DNA of 64,000 nt from an uncultured Bacilli bacterium. GTDB lineage: Bacteria > Bacillota_I > Bacilli_A > RF39 > UBA660. Made by a program: the position numbers and the translations under genes. Positions 8,867-17,474 of this stretch are shown here, one piece after another (within the stretch, counting starts at the first letter, position 1; each line of letters begins with the position of its first letter). Below the pieces are notes generated by a model. It was not told where the DNA came from. It saw only the letters and a program-made list of their open reading frames with translations, and did not search any database. The DNA lies in NCBI GenBank assembly GCA_934122395.1, contig CAKOWQ010000002.1, positions 2,595 through 66,594 of the forward strand, written 5' to 3'.

Positions 8867-11411
8867 AAAGAAATACCCCCATTCCTACTACCATACAAGT
8901 AACACTAATTACTGTATATAGTTTACTGTTATTAGCCATAGTGTTTGGTACTTCAACTATTTGTTCATTAGTTAAATTAGCTTTAACTATTTCTCCATTT
9001 TCTTTGATTTCAAACTCTATAACTTCATCTGTTATTTGGTAACCAGTTGCACTTTCTTTTTCAATAATATGTCCTTTTCCTATAAATAAATCTTTAATGA
9101 TAATTTGACCATTTTCATCAGTAAGTCCAGAGAATATTAAAGTAGATTCTATTGTTCCATCTTCTAGTTCTTTATCTGAATAGATTTCTATTAAAGTATT
9201 AGGAATTGGTTTACCACTAACTAAATCTGTTTTAGTAAATTCTAAAGTTCCTTTTTTATAATAGTTTTGTAATTCTACATCTTTAACTATTTCTTTAGTA
9301 TATTGATCTTTATACTTTAACTCAAAAGTATATATTTTTTCATCTAACACATGATTATTATCTGTTGATTTCTCTTTTATATAGTATTTTCCAAGCTCAA
9401 GCCCATCAATAGTTGCCTTACCATCAGCAGTAATAACAGTTGTTATCAATTCATCTTTTGAATATTTTTTCTTACCACTAACATAAATATCCTCGTTAGC
9501 ATAAAGTTCTAATTCAACTTCGCTTAATAATATCTTTTTGTATCCAAAAGTATTATTATCTATAATTAGCTTTTCTCCATATTTAGTGATATTTAATTTT
9601 CCTTTAACTCTTTCATTCGCAAACTTAACTACTAATAAGGCACCGTAATCTTTATCAACTAGTATCTCGCTACCTTCTCCAATATGGATTGGCATTGCTT
9701 CACTATTCCAAACATAACCATCTAAGACATGATTTTCTACTTCTTCTAAAAGAAAATCTCCAACTAGATTTGATGGTGTTATAATCACTCCATTTTCATC
9801 TGTTTCATATTCACATACTTTTTTAGCAGTTGGATATGTTATTGTTTGACAAACATATTCATTAGTTTTAGCATCTTTTATTTTAAACTTAATACCTGCT
9901 TTAGTTATTACTTCGCCTGTTTCTTTATCAGTTTTAATAACTTTTAATTTTGCCTCAATAGGAGCATTGCTAACTAATTTATAAATATCACTACCAGTAT
10001 TTTCATTTACTTCAACTTCAAAATCTTTTACCTTTTCATAATCTGGTGTTGAATTAATTTGTTTAAAAGTATATTTACCATAAGGTAAAGTTATTTTTGC
10101 ATATCCTTTATCATCAGTTGTGATAGTATCTGCTAAACAAGTATTACTGTCTTTCAATAATGAATTAGAATTACAATTATTTAAGTAAATCTCAAATGTT
10201 ATATTAAGCTCGCCTTTTAATATTCCAGTTGCTCCACTTGCAAATGTTTTAAATAATGTAACATCTGCTTCTATAACTTTTTCATATACTTTCACATTAG
10301 CAAGTAAATTGTCTTTATCTACTACAAATGAATATTTATTGTTTGTATCTAAAGTATATCCTTTACTAGGTGATAGTTCTTTTAAATAAAACTCCCCTAA
10401 TGCTGGTAAATAATCACTTATACCATATCCATTTTCATCTGTAGTAATTTCTCCAACCTTTTCGTTATTCAAGTTATATATACCATACTTTGCACCACCT
10501 AGCGTGGCGTTTCCTTGTGGAATATTATTTTTAGTTTCACTATCCACTTTATTTATCTCTACTCTGCCACCAACTGACTCTAACTCTATACTCTTAACGA
10601 CTGGGTCAGCATTTCCAACTCTCATAACATTTTGAGAATGGTTAGAATAATAAACTATTGGAGTTACATCATAATAAGATGGTTTTTTAACTAAATTAAC
10701 TTTAACATTTTCTATTGAATTAGATGTGATTGTTAAAGTGTTTCCATTTATACTTGCTACACCATTTTCTACTGATGAAATACTAAATTGACTTAATACT
10801 CCATTTGTATCTGTAAAATCCAGACTTTTACCTATTGGTAATTTAACTCCGTCAATATTAAAACTTGGTTTAGTATAATGTTTATTTAATAAATCTTCCA
10901 TCTCTGCTATTTCACTAGCAAATTTATTTGGTAAGTCATTTCCATTTAGTGTATCTGTAAATACAATTCTTGATGTAGGTACTGCTGTTCTCCATATCAT
11001 AACCTGAGTAATCACATACCATTTATTATTTGAATGGTCATATCCATTTTCTTTATATTGATAACCATAATATGCTAAAAGTGATATTCTTTGCCATTGT
11101 TCTTCTGTCATATTAAGATATACAGCAAAATCACTTCTAGCTATTTTATAATAAGGCAAATTATTATCTATATCTACATAAGGTTGTAGGCAATAGACGA
11201 ATTTATTATCCTCACTTCTTCTTATAAATCCTGCTTGTTGATACTTAATGTATCCATCTTCTCTGTATTTTTTAATAAAAATATTTGCTATCTTTTCAGA
11301 TGGCCAAATAGCTTGACCTTTATATTCTTCAGCATTTACTTTTGTAATGCCAAAAAATATCGTAAAAAAAAGTATGCCGATTAAAGCATACAAAGTCTTT
11401 GTTTTATTCAT
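8838..11411 (-). CDS. Cell-wall-anchored surface adhesin with Cna-B-type (prealbumin-like) repeat domains and a C-terminal sorting signal.
   Basis: Signal peptide 'MNKTKTLYALIGILFFTIFFGITKVNA'. Repeated 'TDENG..' Cna-B-like modules (e.g. 'TDENGYGISDYLPALGEFYLKELSPSKGYTLDTN', 'GLTDENGQIIIKDLFIGKGHIIEKESATGYQ'). C-terminus 'VPNTM' followed by a hydrophobic segment and 'KKNKRK' tail, a classic sorting-signal architecture with a non-LPXTG motif. Confidence 0.7.
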   Translation of the reverse strand: MNKTKTLYALIGILFFTIFFGITKVNAEEYKGQAIWPSEKIANIFIKKYREDGYIKYQQAGFIRRSEDNKFVYCLQPYVDIDNNLPYYKIARSDFAVYLNMTEEQWQRISLLAYYGYQYKENGYDHSNNKWYVITQVMIWRTAVPTSRIVFTDTLNGNDLPNKFASEIAEMEDLLNKHYTKPSFNIDGVKLPIGKSLDFTDTNGVLSQFSISSVENGVASINGNTLTITSNSIENVKVNLVKKPSYYDVTPIVYYSNHSQNVMRVGNADPVVKSIELESVGGRVEINKVDSETKNNIPQGNATLGGAKYGIYNLNNEKVGEITTDENGYGISDYLPALGEFYLKELSPSKGYTLDTNNKYSFVVDKDNLLANVKVYEKVIEADVTLFKTFASGATGILKGELNITFEIYLNNCNSNSLLKDSNTCLADTITTDDKGYAKITLPYGKYTFKQINSTPDYEKVKDFEVEVNENTGSDIYKLVSNAPIEAKLKVIKTDKETGEVITKAGIKFKIKDAKTNEYVCQTITYPTAKKVCEYETDENGVIITPSNLVGDFLLEEVENHVLDGYVWNSEAMPIHIGEGSEILVDKDYGALLVVKFANERVKGKLNITKYGEKLIIDNNTFGYKKILLSEVELELYANEDIYVSGKKKYSKDELITTVITADGKATIDGLELGKYYIKEKSTDNNHVLDEKIYTFELKYKDQYTKEIVKDVELQNYYKKGTLEFTKTDLVSGKPIPNTLIEIYSDKELEDGTIESTLIFSGLTDENGQIIIKDLFIGKGHIIEKESATGYQITDEVIEFEIKENGEIVKANLTNEQIVEVPNTMANNSKLYTVISVTCMVVGMGVFLYVSKKNKRK

Positions 11412-11458
11412 ATTTATCTTTCCTTTCTTTTTCCAAAATAAAAAGACACTTTATGTGC

Positions 11459-12025
11459 CTAAAATAATTTAATCATTTCTCCTAAATATCTACCAGATGC
11501 ACTGTTTATTGTAGAACAAGAAAATCCCATTCCACTTTCTTCACCATACTTAATACAAGCATTAAAACAGTTTTCCTGACTTCCATACTTTTCAATAGAA
11601 AAATCTACTTTAGCCCAACTCCATGCAGGTTTATTGTAATAATCATCTTCACTCATTCCAAGTTCTTCCCAAGCTGTCATTTCTTTCTTTTCTTCTTGTT
11701 TTGGTTCTTCAATTACATTTTTTTCAACCTGTTTTTGTTCTGGTTGAGTAACTTTTTCTTCTTTTTGCACAGTACTTGTTTTTTGATCTGGTATATTTTT
11801 TTCTTTTTCCACAGTATTTGTTGATAAATCCTCTGCTTTTGAAATTGGTTCTTCTATTTTTTCTTCTTTTTGAGTATTAATTTCAACTTTATCTTGTGAT
11901 TCATGCTCAGCTTGATTTGATTTTGTTGTATCTGATTCCGGTACTGATTTTCCATTAAATGCACTCCCTAGTCCAACAACCAGACTTACAACTACAAAAG
12001 CTATAAAAATTCGTATTAGTTTCAT
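11459..12025 (-). CDS. Secreted Glu/Lys-rich protein with a Cys-containing C-terminal domain, function unknown.
   Basis: Signal peptide 'MKLIRIFIAFVVVSLVVGLGSA'. Imperfect E/K-rich repeats. Own promoter-like ATGACA-17-TATGTT and RBS AAGAGGAG upstream (12026-12090). Confidence 0.5.
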   Translation of the reverse strand: MKLIRIFIAFVVVSLVVGLGSAFNGKSVPESDTTKSNQAEHESQDKVEINTQKEEKIEEPISKAEDLSTNTVEKEKNIPDQKTSTVQKEEKVTQPEQKQVEKNVIEEPKQEEKKEMTAWEELGMSEDDYYNKPAWSWAKVDFSIEKYGSQENCFNACIKYGEESGMGFSCSTINSASGRYLGEMIKLF

Positions 12026-12173
12026 CTCACATCACTCCTCTTCTTTGTCTTAACATAGCATATTTTAACTATTTTGTCATATCTACTAATTATTTTTTTT
12101 CAGTTAGTAATAATAGTTAGTATTATTTTTAGGGGAGATTGTAAGAGGGGGCTTTTTGGCAAATATACTCCCA

Positions 12174-13139
12174 CTATCTTTCATTGCTTTCTTTTTCTCT
12201 CTTTTTTTGCAACCACCTCCCATAAAAACTAACTGCTTTAACAACATAATCTTCCTTTTCTTCATTTGTTGTAAGATTAGTTGGGAGTATATTATTTAAT
12301 TTGTCCATATTAACTTTTAGAGTTTGTATTTGATTAGGTTTTTCTTGCTCTAAAATAGTTTCCATATACTCTCTTGTAAGTTTATTATCTTTACTTAATC
12401 TTTTAAAATCTTGGGCTTGTGATAATGATGGAGTACAAGCAAAACATTCCATTATATCTAAAAGTTCTTTTTGTTCTTCTTCTTTTAAATAAGATATTTC
12501 AACTGCTGGACTTATTGCCATACTTGGAGATAATTTCAAAGCATCATTATCTACCATTTGAAGTATTTGTGGTATTAGTTCAGTTAGTCTAATATATCTA
12601 TGAACTTGTCTAGCACTTTCGTTGTTTTCCATACCTATTATATCAACAGTTTTTAACTTGTCGCCAACTTGGCGAGAAGTTGCAACTTTACCTTGATGAC
12701 TTAATGCTTCCATTTTTAATTTATAAGCAAATGCTTTCTCGCTTGGTAGTATCTTTTCTCTTTGCAAATTACTATCAACCATTATAATAGTTGCCTCATC
12801 ATCAGATAAATCTCTTACTATACAAGGTATTGTTTCTAATCCTGCTAACTCACTAGCAAACTTTCTTCTATGACCAGAAATCATTTCATATTTGCCATTT
12901 TCTTTTGGTCTAACTAATGTCGGCACTAATACGCCATTTTCACTAATACTTTCTGCCATTTGTTTCATATCTTCATTATCTATTACTTTAAATGGGTGTT
13001 TAGGGAAGTCATCTATATCATTTAAACTTATATTTACTACTTTTTCTTTTAATTTATCATCTCTCTCTTCTTGTGTTGAAAACAGGTCATCATCTAGTAA
13101 AATCTTTGGTAGAGGCATTTTTGTTTCTTTCTTTACCAT
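12174..13139 (-). CDS. parB: ParB-like partition protein (ParB/Spo0J N-terminal domain).
   Basis: 'GHRRKFASELAGLETIPCIV' ParB box II-like motif. Located directly downstream of parA with a short overlap. The true start may be the internal Met (MPLPKILL, ~13118). Confidence 0.7.
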   Translation of the reverse strand: MVKKETKMPLPKILLDDDLFSTQEERDDKLKEKVVNISLNDIDDFPKHPFKVIDNEDMKQMAESISENGVLVPTLVRPKENGKYEMISGHRRKFASELAGLETIPCIVRDLSDDEATIIMVDSNLQREKILPSEKAFAYKLKMEALSHQGKVATSRQVGDKLKTVDIIGMENNESARQVHRYIRLTELIPQILQMVDNDALKLSPSMAISPAVEISYLKEEEQKELLDIMECFACTPSLSQAQDFKRLSKDNKLTREYMETILEQEKPNQIQTLKVNMDKLNNILPTNLTTNEEKEDYVVKAVSFYGRWLQKKREKESNER

Positions 13140-13920
13140 TCTCCATTACCTCCTTTGCAAATAAGGTATATGAATCTGCTACCTTACTATTTTTATCATA
13201 AGAGAAAATACTTTCTCCATGAGATGTTGATTTTGCTACATTTACTGCCATAGGTATTTGAGTATTATATATCTTTACTTTACTTCCATAACTTTCTTGA
13301 AGTTCATATCTTACTTGATTAGGTAAAGTTGTTCTCTTATCTACTAGTGTAAGCAAAACACCATCTACCATCAAGTTTGGGTTTATTTGTTTTCTCACTC
13401 TTGAAATTGTTTGTAAAAATTGTCCCATACCTTTCGCAGCTAAAAACTGTGTTTGTACTGGAATAATTACTTTATCGGCACAAGCAAGAGCATTTATTGT
13501 TATCATACCTAAACTAGGCATACAATCTATCAGTATATAATCATACTTATCTTTATATTTAGATAATGTATTTCTCATAACACTTTCTCTACTCATTACA
13601 TTAACAAGTCCTACCTCTAATTGTGATAAATCTAAATTAGATGGTATTAAATCCACTTCTTCATTATGATGCAATATTACATCATCTATGTTTATATTGT
13701 CATCTCTAATAGTGGCACTCATTACATCTGCTAATGTAGTCTGTATTTTATCTAAATCAGTCCAACCCATGCAAGTAGTTAAATCTCCTTGTGGATCAGC
13801 ATCTACTAGTAATACTTTTTTTCCTCGTTTTGCTAATGCTACACCCAAATTAAAAGTGGTAGTTGTTTTACCAACTCCACCTTTTTGATTTGCAATAGCA
13901 TATATCTTACAATTATCCAC
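13090..13920 (-). CDS. parA: ParA/Soj-family partition ATPase (plasmid type, no N-terminal HTH).
   Basis: Deviant Walker A 'KGGVGKTTTT' and 'LLVDADPQGDLT'. 276 aa. Confidence 0.85.
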   Translation of the reverse strand: MDNCKIYAIANQKGGVGKTTTTFNLGVALAKRGKKVLLVDADPQGDLTTCMGWTDLDKIQTTLADVMSATIRDDNINIDDVILHHNEEVDLIPSNLDLSQLEVGLVNVMSRESVMRNTLSKYKDKYDYILIDCMPSLGMITINALACADKVIIPVQTQFLAAKGMGQFLQTISRVRKQINPNLMVDGVLLTLVDKRTTLPNQVRYELQESYGSKVKIYNTQIPMAVNVAKSTSHGESIFSYDKNSKVADSYTLFAKEVMENGKERNKNASTKDFTR

Positions 13921-14196
13921 TTTTTTCTCTCCTTTCTTAATATTTTAGTTTCGCAAAATCAAATAAAAAAAGAGCATATTTTCTCAAAATATTTAGCTCT
14001 AATATTTTTAAAATGCCCGTATTATATGACTTCAACGATTATTCTTGTATGTACCAGTTTTATAATTATCGTCCATGCCCTGCATCTACTACAATTTTAT
14101 AATCCATTCTATATTCCTCCTCGAAATATTTTATGATATTTATCTATATTGTTGTATAAAAAAAGAACAATTCAATATCATTGTTCCAAAAGATTG
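13921..14196 (-). promoter_or_regulatory. parA upstream control region with four AATATTT/AAATATTT palindromic repeats (candidate centromere/operator), and a Rho-independent terminator of the upstream small ORF (GGAACAATGATATTGAATTGTTC + T-run, ~14165-14200).
   Basis: Repeats 'tcaaaatatttagc', 'ctaatattttta', 'cgaaatattttatg' and 'taatattttag' within 200 nt. Inverted repeat GAACAAT...ATTGTTC followed by a T-run on the minus strand. Confidence 0.3.
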
Positions 14197-14385
14197 TTAA
14201 TCATCATCCTCATTATAATAATCGTCATCTTCCAAATCTTCTTCCTCAAAATTCCAACTATCATAATTTCCCTTATTCAATTCATCTGTTTGCAAGAAGT
14301 CTAAATCATTATTCCCATCCAGTTTATCCTTTTGATTTTCGGAGTCATCTAATAATCCTGACAAAAACGATAATATAATACCCAT
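14197..14385 (-). CDS. Small, highly acidic protein (62 aa) with a hydrophobic N-terminus.
   Basis: Strong RBS AAAGGAGGAG 6 nt upstream of the ATG. Sequence 'MGIILSFLSGLL' followed by a D/E-rich tail (EEEDLEDDDYYNEDDD). Own terminator downstream. Confidence 0.45.
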   Translation of the reverse strand: MGIILSFLSGLLDDSENQKDKLDGNNDLDFLQTDELNKGNYDSWNFEEEDLEDDDYYNEDDD

Positions 14386-14424
14386 GCTCTCCTCCTTTAT
14401 TATATTAGTATTATACTCTATAAA

Positions 14425-14450
14425 TATAAAAAGAACAATTTCTTGTTCTT
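14425..14450 (-). terminator. Rho-independent terminator of htrA.
   Basis: AAAGAACAAGAAATTGTTCTTTTT on the minus strand immediately after the htrA stop codon. Confidence 0.6.
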
Positions 14451-15559
14451 TAATCAGTTGATTTTGATAACGTTACAGTAGTTGTATGTTCTTTTCCACC
14501 CCTATTATAAGTAATAGTTATCTTATCTCCAACATTATATTTATATAAAACATATTTTAAATAAGCAGCATTCATTACTTCTTCTTTATCAATTTTAGTA
14601 ATTACATCACCTTTTTGTAATCCTGATTTTGATGCTCCAGAACCATTTACTACTTCGACTACAACAATACCACTTGTAGCATTATTTGGAATAGTAATAC
14701 CATAACTTGCTAAAGTTCTAGTATCGCTTGTATTTAATAGTTTTATTCCTAACATTGGCCTTTCAATTGTCTGAGATTTTTCTAGTTCTTCTACATGAGC
14801 CATGGCATCTTCAATCTTAATAGAGAACCCCATTCCTTCAATACTACTATCTACTAATTTCATTGAATTAACTCCAATTACTTCGCCATTCGAATTCATT
14901 AGTGGCCCCCCACTATTTCCAGGATTTATAGCTGCGTCAACCTGAGATACTTTCATAATCCAATCTGATTGTGAATTAACGCTAACAGTTACTAAACGGT
15001 CAATACCAGAAATAATACCGCTTGTAACAGTATTATAATATTCTTCACCCACTGGAGAACCTATAGTAAAGATAGTATCACCCAACTTTAATTTTTCAGT
15101 ACTACCAATAGTGGCAACTTTCAACACTTCTGATACTGGAATACGTAATACCGCAATATCTAAATATTCATCTCCACCTAATTTAGTAGTTTCTATTTCT
15201 TTTCCATTTGTCATAAGTACTGTTAATTTTGTTGCGTTTTCAACTACATGTTCATTAGTCATAATATATCCATATTTTTCATCAGTTTTATATACAAATC
15301 CACTACCAGTACTTGCTAATTTACTTCCTTGATAGTTTTTTATCATAACTACTGCATCATAAACTTTTTCAACAGCAGCACTTATTCCTGTATTATCTAC
15401 TATAACTTTATTTTCACAACTAGTATATTGGCATCCTAGTGCTCCAGCTTGATTACTACTACCTTTGCCAAATGGATTAGTAATTACTACATACATTACT
15501 CCTCCACCTAATAAAAATGCACACAAGACAAGTAGAAAATTAATTATTCTTCCACGCAT
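14450..15559 (-). CDS. htrA: HtrA/DegP-family serine protease (trypsin-like domain plus PDZ), membrane anchored.
   Basis: N-terminal TM anchor. Catalytic His 'MTNEHVV', Asp 'DIAVLRI' and Ser 'NPGNSGGPL'. C-terminal PDZ-like region. Confidence 0.85.
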   Translation of the reverse strand: MRGRIINFLLVLCAFLLGGGVMYVVITNPFGKGSSNQAGALGCQYTSCENKVIVDNTGISAAVEKVYDAVVMIKNYQGSKLASTGSGFVYKTDEKYGYIMTNEHVVENATKLTVLMTNGKEIETTKLGGDEYLDIAVLRIPVSEVLKVATIGSTEKLKLGDTIFTIGSPVGEEYYNTVTSGIISGIDRLVTVSVNSQSDWIMKVSQVDAAINPGNSGGPLMNSNGEVIGVNSMKLVDSSIEGMGFSIKIEDAMAHVEELEKSQTIERPMLGIKLLNTSDTRTLASYGITIPNNATSGIVVVEVVNGSGASKSGLQKGDVITKIDKEEVMNAAYLKYVLYKYNVGDKITITYNRGGKEHTTTVTLSKSTD

Positions 15560-15565
15560 TTGTTA

Positions 15566-16504
15566 TCACTCCTTTTCAATGTTAGCAATATTTTCCCAAT
15601 TTTCTGGAAATCCCATTCTATCTAATACTTTAGATATTGGTATAGAATATAAATTATAATTTAAATTATCTAATGCATGATCTATTTCAATAACCATATT
15701 TTTTATTTCAGTATCTGTTAATAAGTGTTTCATTATAATTATTAAAGCAAATAAATCGTTTTTACCATATTTGTATTCACCATCTACTTTTTCAATATTT
15801 AATAGATTATGATATATGGTATTACCTATAATTTTTTGTGTTTTGTTTTCAAACAATATATCTTCGTGTGCACATAAATTACGATAGTTAGATAAGATTG
15901 GTAAATATATACCTAAAGCATTAATATCCATACCATATATTTCAGCAATTGCAATTCTATCATCTATCCTTAGTATAGAGTATAATTCACTAACTATTCC
16001 AAAAGATAATACTTTAACTAATACCCATAACGGAATATATCCATAATTACTTAGATAGTGAACAGTAGCAGAATGTTGTCTACCATTAACATGAATTTGT
16101 CTTTTCATCTTCTTTATTAAATCATTTACTTGTCTTGATTTTTCAGGACTAGTATCAAAGTTTTTAGGCTTTAAATAATCATGTTCTTTGTAACCATATT
16201 TTTTAGATAAACGATAAGATATAATAGACTTTAGATTGTTTTCCACAATTAATAAATTTTTAAAAATAATATTACGGAATTGGCGGTCAAACAAAAATAA
16301 ACTATACAACTCCTCGAAAGTAGTTCCTTCTATAAATTTTTTAGGATCATTACTACTCATAAATAAATGTCTATATCCACTTAAGAAAAAGTAATTCTCT
16401 CTTAATAGTACTTCTTTTGCATAGACTTCGTCATTAATTACCAAGCCCTTATGCTTTAAGATTTCTATTTGTTCATCTAAAGTTTTGAACTGCTTTGTCT
16501 TCAT
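15566..16504 (-). CDS. Abortive-infection protein, Abi_2 (AbiD/AbiF-like) family.
   Basis: N-terminus 'LDEQIEILKHKGLVINDE...FLSGYRHLF' and conserved 'PLWVLVKVLSFGIVSELY ... YRNLCAHEDILF' (RNxxAH motif) typical of PF07751-type Abi proteins. Confidence 0.65.
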   Translation of the reverse strand: MKTKQFKTLDEQIEILKHKGLVINDEVYAKEVLLRENYFFLSGYRHLFMSSNDPKKFIEGTTFEELYSLFLFDRQFRNIIFKNLLIVENNLKSIISYRLSKKYGYKEHDYLKPKNFDTSPEKSRQVNDLIKKMKRQIHVNGRQHSATVHYLSNYGYIPLWVLVKVLSFGIVSELYSILRIDDRIAIAEIYGMDINALGIYLPILSNYRNLCAHEDILFENKTQKIIGNTIYHNLLNIEKVDGEYKYGKNDLFALIIIMKHLLTDTEIKNMVIEIDHALDNLNYNLYSIPISKVLDRMGFPENWENIANIEKE

Positions 16505-16649
16505 ATTCTCACCTATTGTAAATTATAGCACATAACGTATGAAATTACATGAAAAATTTATGAAAATATTGTAATTAATTTGTGTTATTTTTTTGATTTT
16601 TCATGAATTAAATATTGCTTATTTTTTCATAATAGTTATAGGTGATACT

Positions 16650-17474
16650 ATGTTTTATAATTATAATATTTTAAATGTTAACGATGAAGAAGTCTTATAT
16701 TTATATGTTAGCAATATGTATGAATTTTCTATAGAGTTTGATAAACCTAACAAAATTAAGTCCTTATATGGCAAAATAAGTGAGTACATTAAGGATATGG
16801 ATATTAATTTTAATGGAAAAAAAGTAATGCTTGTAGTAAATGGAATTATAATTGGTAGTTTAATGTTACTATCTAATAATTTTAGTGACACTAGTAAAAA
16901 CAACGGATACATTTCGTATAAAGAAATAACCGATATTAATATTAATGATCATATGGATGTAATTGATATTAATAGTAAAATGAATAATTTTATCAAAGAT
17001 AAGTTGGACCAAAATGATCCTATTGTTTCCAATTTTGTTAAAATGAAAAATAAAGATGGGATGATTACTTATGTAGATATTAATAATTATATAATTAACA
17101 CTACAAGTAAAATTATCCCACCTACTTATGAAGATGAAGCATTAAAAAGCGCTGTTATTATATGTAGAACTAAAATGTTGCAAGACTTATATGAAAACAA
17201 TTATTTAAGTCAAGATGATTACGTAAACACAAGTAATCTACAGAAATTGTGGAAAAAAGATTTTAACTTTTATTATAATAAACTTAAAGATGCTGTTCAG
17301 GAAACAGATAATGAATATTTATTAAAAAATAATTATTATTTTAAATTTAATGATAGAGAAAAATATCAAATACCGTTTACCAGTTATGGTGCAAATATAC
17401 TTGCTAAAAATGGTTATACATATATTGATATTTTAGGGCATTATTACCCCGACGCAACATTGGAAACTGTATAA
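16650..17474 (+). CDS. SpoIID/LytB-domain protein (divergent and short). Start uncertain: ORF-track start 16593, RBS-supported ATG at 16650, alternative start at 16797.
   Basis: 'TYEDEALKSAVIICRTKML' (SpoIID-domain EALKAQ..ART signature) and C-terminal 'SYGANILAKNGYTYIDILGHYYPDATL' (GANGMA..G..Y..IL.HYY signature). Confidence 0.45.
   Translation: MFYNYNILNVNDEEVLYLYVSNMYEFSIEFDKPNKIKSLYGKISEYIKDMDINFNGKKVMLVVNGIIIGSLMLLSNNFSDTSKNNGYISYKEITDININDHMDVIDINSKMNNFIKDKLDQNDPIVSNFVKMKNKDGMITYVDINNYIINTTSKIIPPTYEDEALKSAVIICRTKMLQDLYENNYLSQDDYVNTSNLQKLWKKDFNFYYNKLKDAVQETDNEYLLKNNYYFKFNDREKYQIPFTSYGANILAKNGYTYIDILGHYYPDATLETV

Noticed and set aside
11330-11390. A8/T8-9 homopolymer in the adhesin signal-peptide coding region as a slipped-strand phase-variation switch.
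   Set aside because: Homopolymers of this length are frequent throughout this AT-rich sequence (for example in ftsY 26560-26660). Nothing distinguishes this one.
12095-12173. GC-rich segment 'GGGAGTATATTTGCCAAAAAGCCCCCTCTTACAATCTCCCC' after parB, considered as parS, oriT nick site or terminator.
   Set aside because: Only a weak GGGAG/CTCCC stem with a 33-nt loop and no following T-run. No match to known parS or nic consensus that I can recognise. Left as unexplained.
12174-13920. Possibility that parA/parB are the chromosomal soj/spo0J pair.
   Set aside because: No oriC-type context (no gidA/rsmG, dnaA or parS-like TGTTNCACGTGAAACA). They are embedded among adhesin, sortase and anti-restriction genes and sit next to iteron-like repeats, so a mobile-element partition system is the better reading.
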